Positions 63,698 to 64,000 of a stretch of 64,000 nt of DNA are shown piece after piece. Position 1 is the stretch's first letter; each line of letters begins with the position of its first letter. The stretch is taken from contig CM075987.1 of the NCBI GenBank assembly GCA_038087875.1, positions 14,818,001 through 14,882,000 on the forward strand, given 5' to 3'. The DNA is from Malacoraja senta (lineage: Eukaryota). Made by a program: the position numbers and the translations under genes. The notes below the pieces were generated by a model. It had not been told where the DNA came from. It was given only the letters and a program-made list of their open reading frames with translations, and made no database searches.

Positions 63698-64000
63698 TTG
63701 GTGGGCGGCGTGACTCTCGTCAGCAGCGGCCTCTGCAGTCCGTCTGTCTTTTTATTATTTTTGTCTCGTTTCTATGTAGTTTTTATTCATTTTTTTTGTC
63801 GGGGTATGTATGTGGGGTGGGGACTTTAAAATCTTTCTCCTGCACGGGAGACCCGACCTTTTCTTTGTCGGGTCTCCGTTGTCGTTGGGGCTGGGCAACG
63901 TGGAGCGGCCTCCAGCAGGAACGACCTGGGGCTCCAGTTGCGGAGCTGCGGACTACTCACCGTCACGGGGCTGGCCGAGTCCGGAGCGGGTGGAGCTGTG
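63698..64000 (+). mobile_element. GC-rich repeat element, cut off at the window end (unclassified)
   Basis: Abrupt CpG-rich composition with T-rich spacers, as in 43078-43745; 11-bp hairpin at 63847-63877. Confidence 0.45.

Noticed and set aside
47152-64000. Expected upstream FNBP1 exon (NDYAGQHE motif)
   Set aside because: Not found by eye; probably beyond position 64000. A TBLASTN with the orthologous exon would settle it.

Overview
Eukaryotic (vertebrate) genomic DNA, most likely from a cartilaginous fish (skate or ray). This is inferred from HE1/V-SINE-type tRNA SINEs, abundant CR1 LINEs and Penelope-like repeats. The whole window lies inside one minus-strand gene, FNBP1 (formin-binding protein 1 / FBP17, an F-BAR-HR1-SH3 protein). 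I traced nine coding exons with canonical GT-AG boundaries: 63, 105, 129, 147, 195, 183, 15, 110 and 133 nt, together 1080 nt or 360 codons. They correspond to human exons 5-13 by my recollection of the human structure. Both ends of the gene lie outside the window. The F-BAR/HR1 linker is an all-phase-0 splicing module: a 183-nt proline-rich exon with an internal in-frame acceptor, a 15-nt LSLKL microexon with an SRRM3/4-type UGC, and RBFOX/QKI motif clusters. The introns carry many mobile elements: a near-intact Passport-like Tc1 (DD34E, one 2-bp frameshift) inserted into a Helitron 5' terminus; a composite Helitron inserted at AT inside a CR1 ORF; PIF/Harbinger and hAT MITEs with TSDs; Penelope-like elements and hammerhead-like inverted repeat pairs; a twin-primed L1/Tx1-like insertion; and CR1, Rex1/Babar and SINE fragments. 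Most ORFs in the supplied track are spurious or TE-derived. I found no clearly new biological system; the best candidates for follow-up are the splicing module, the Tc1 and the hammerhead-like repeat family.
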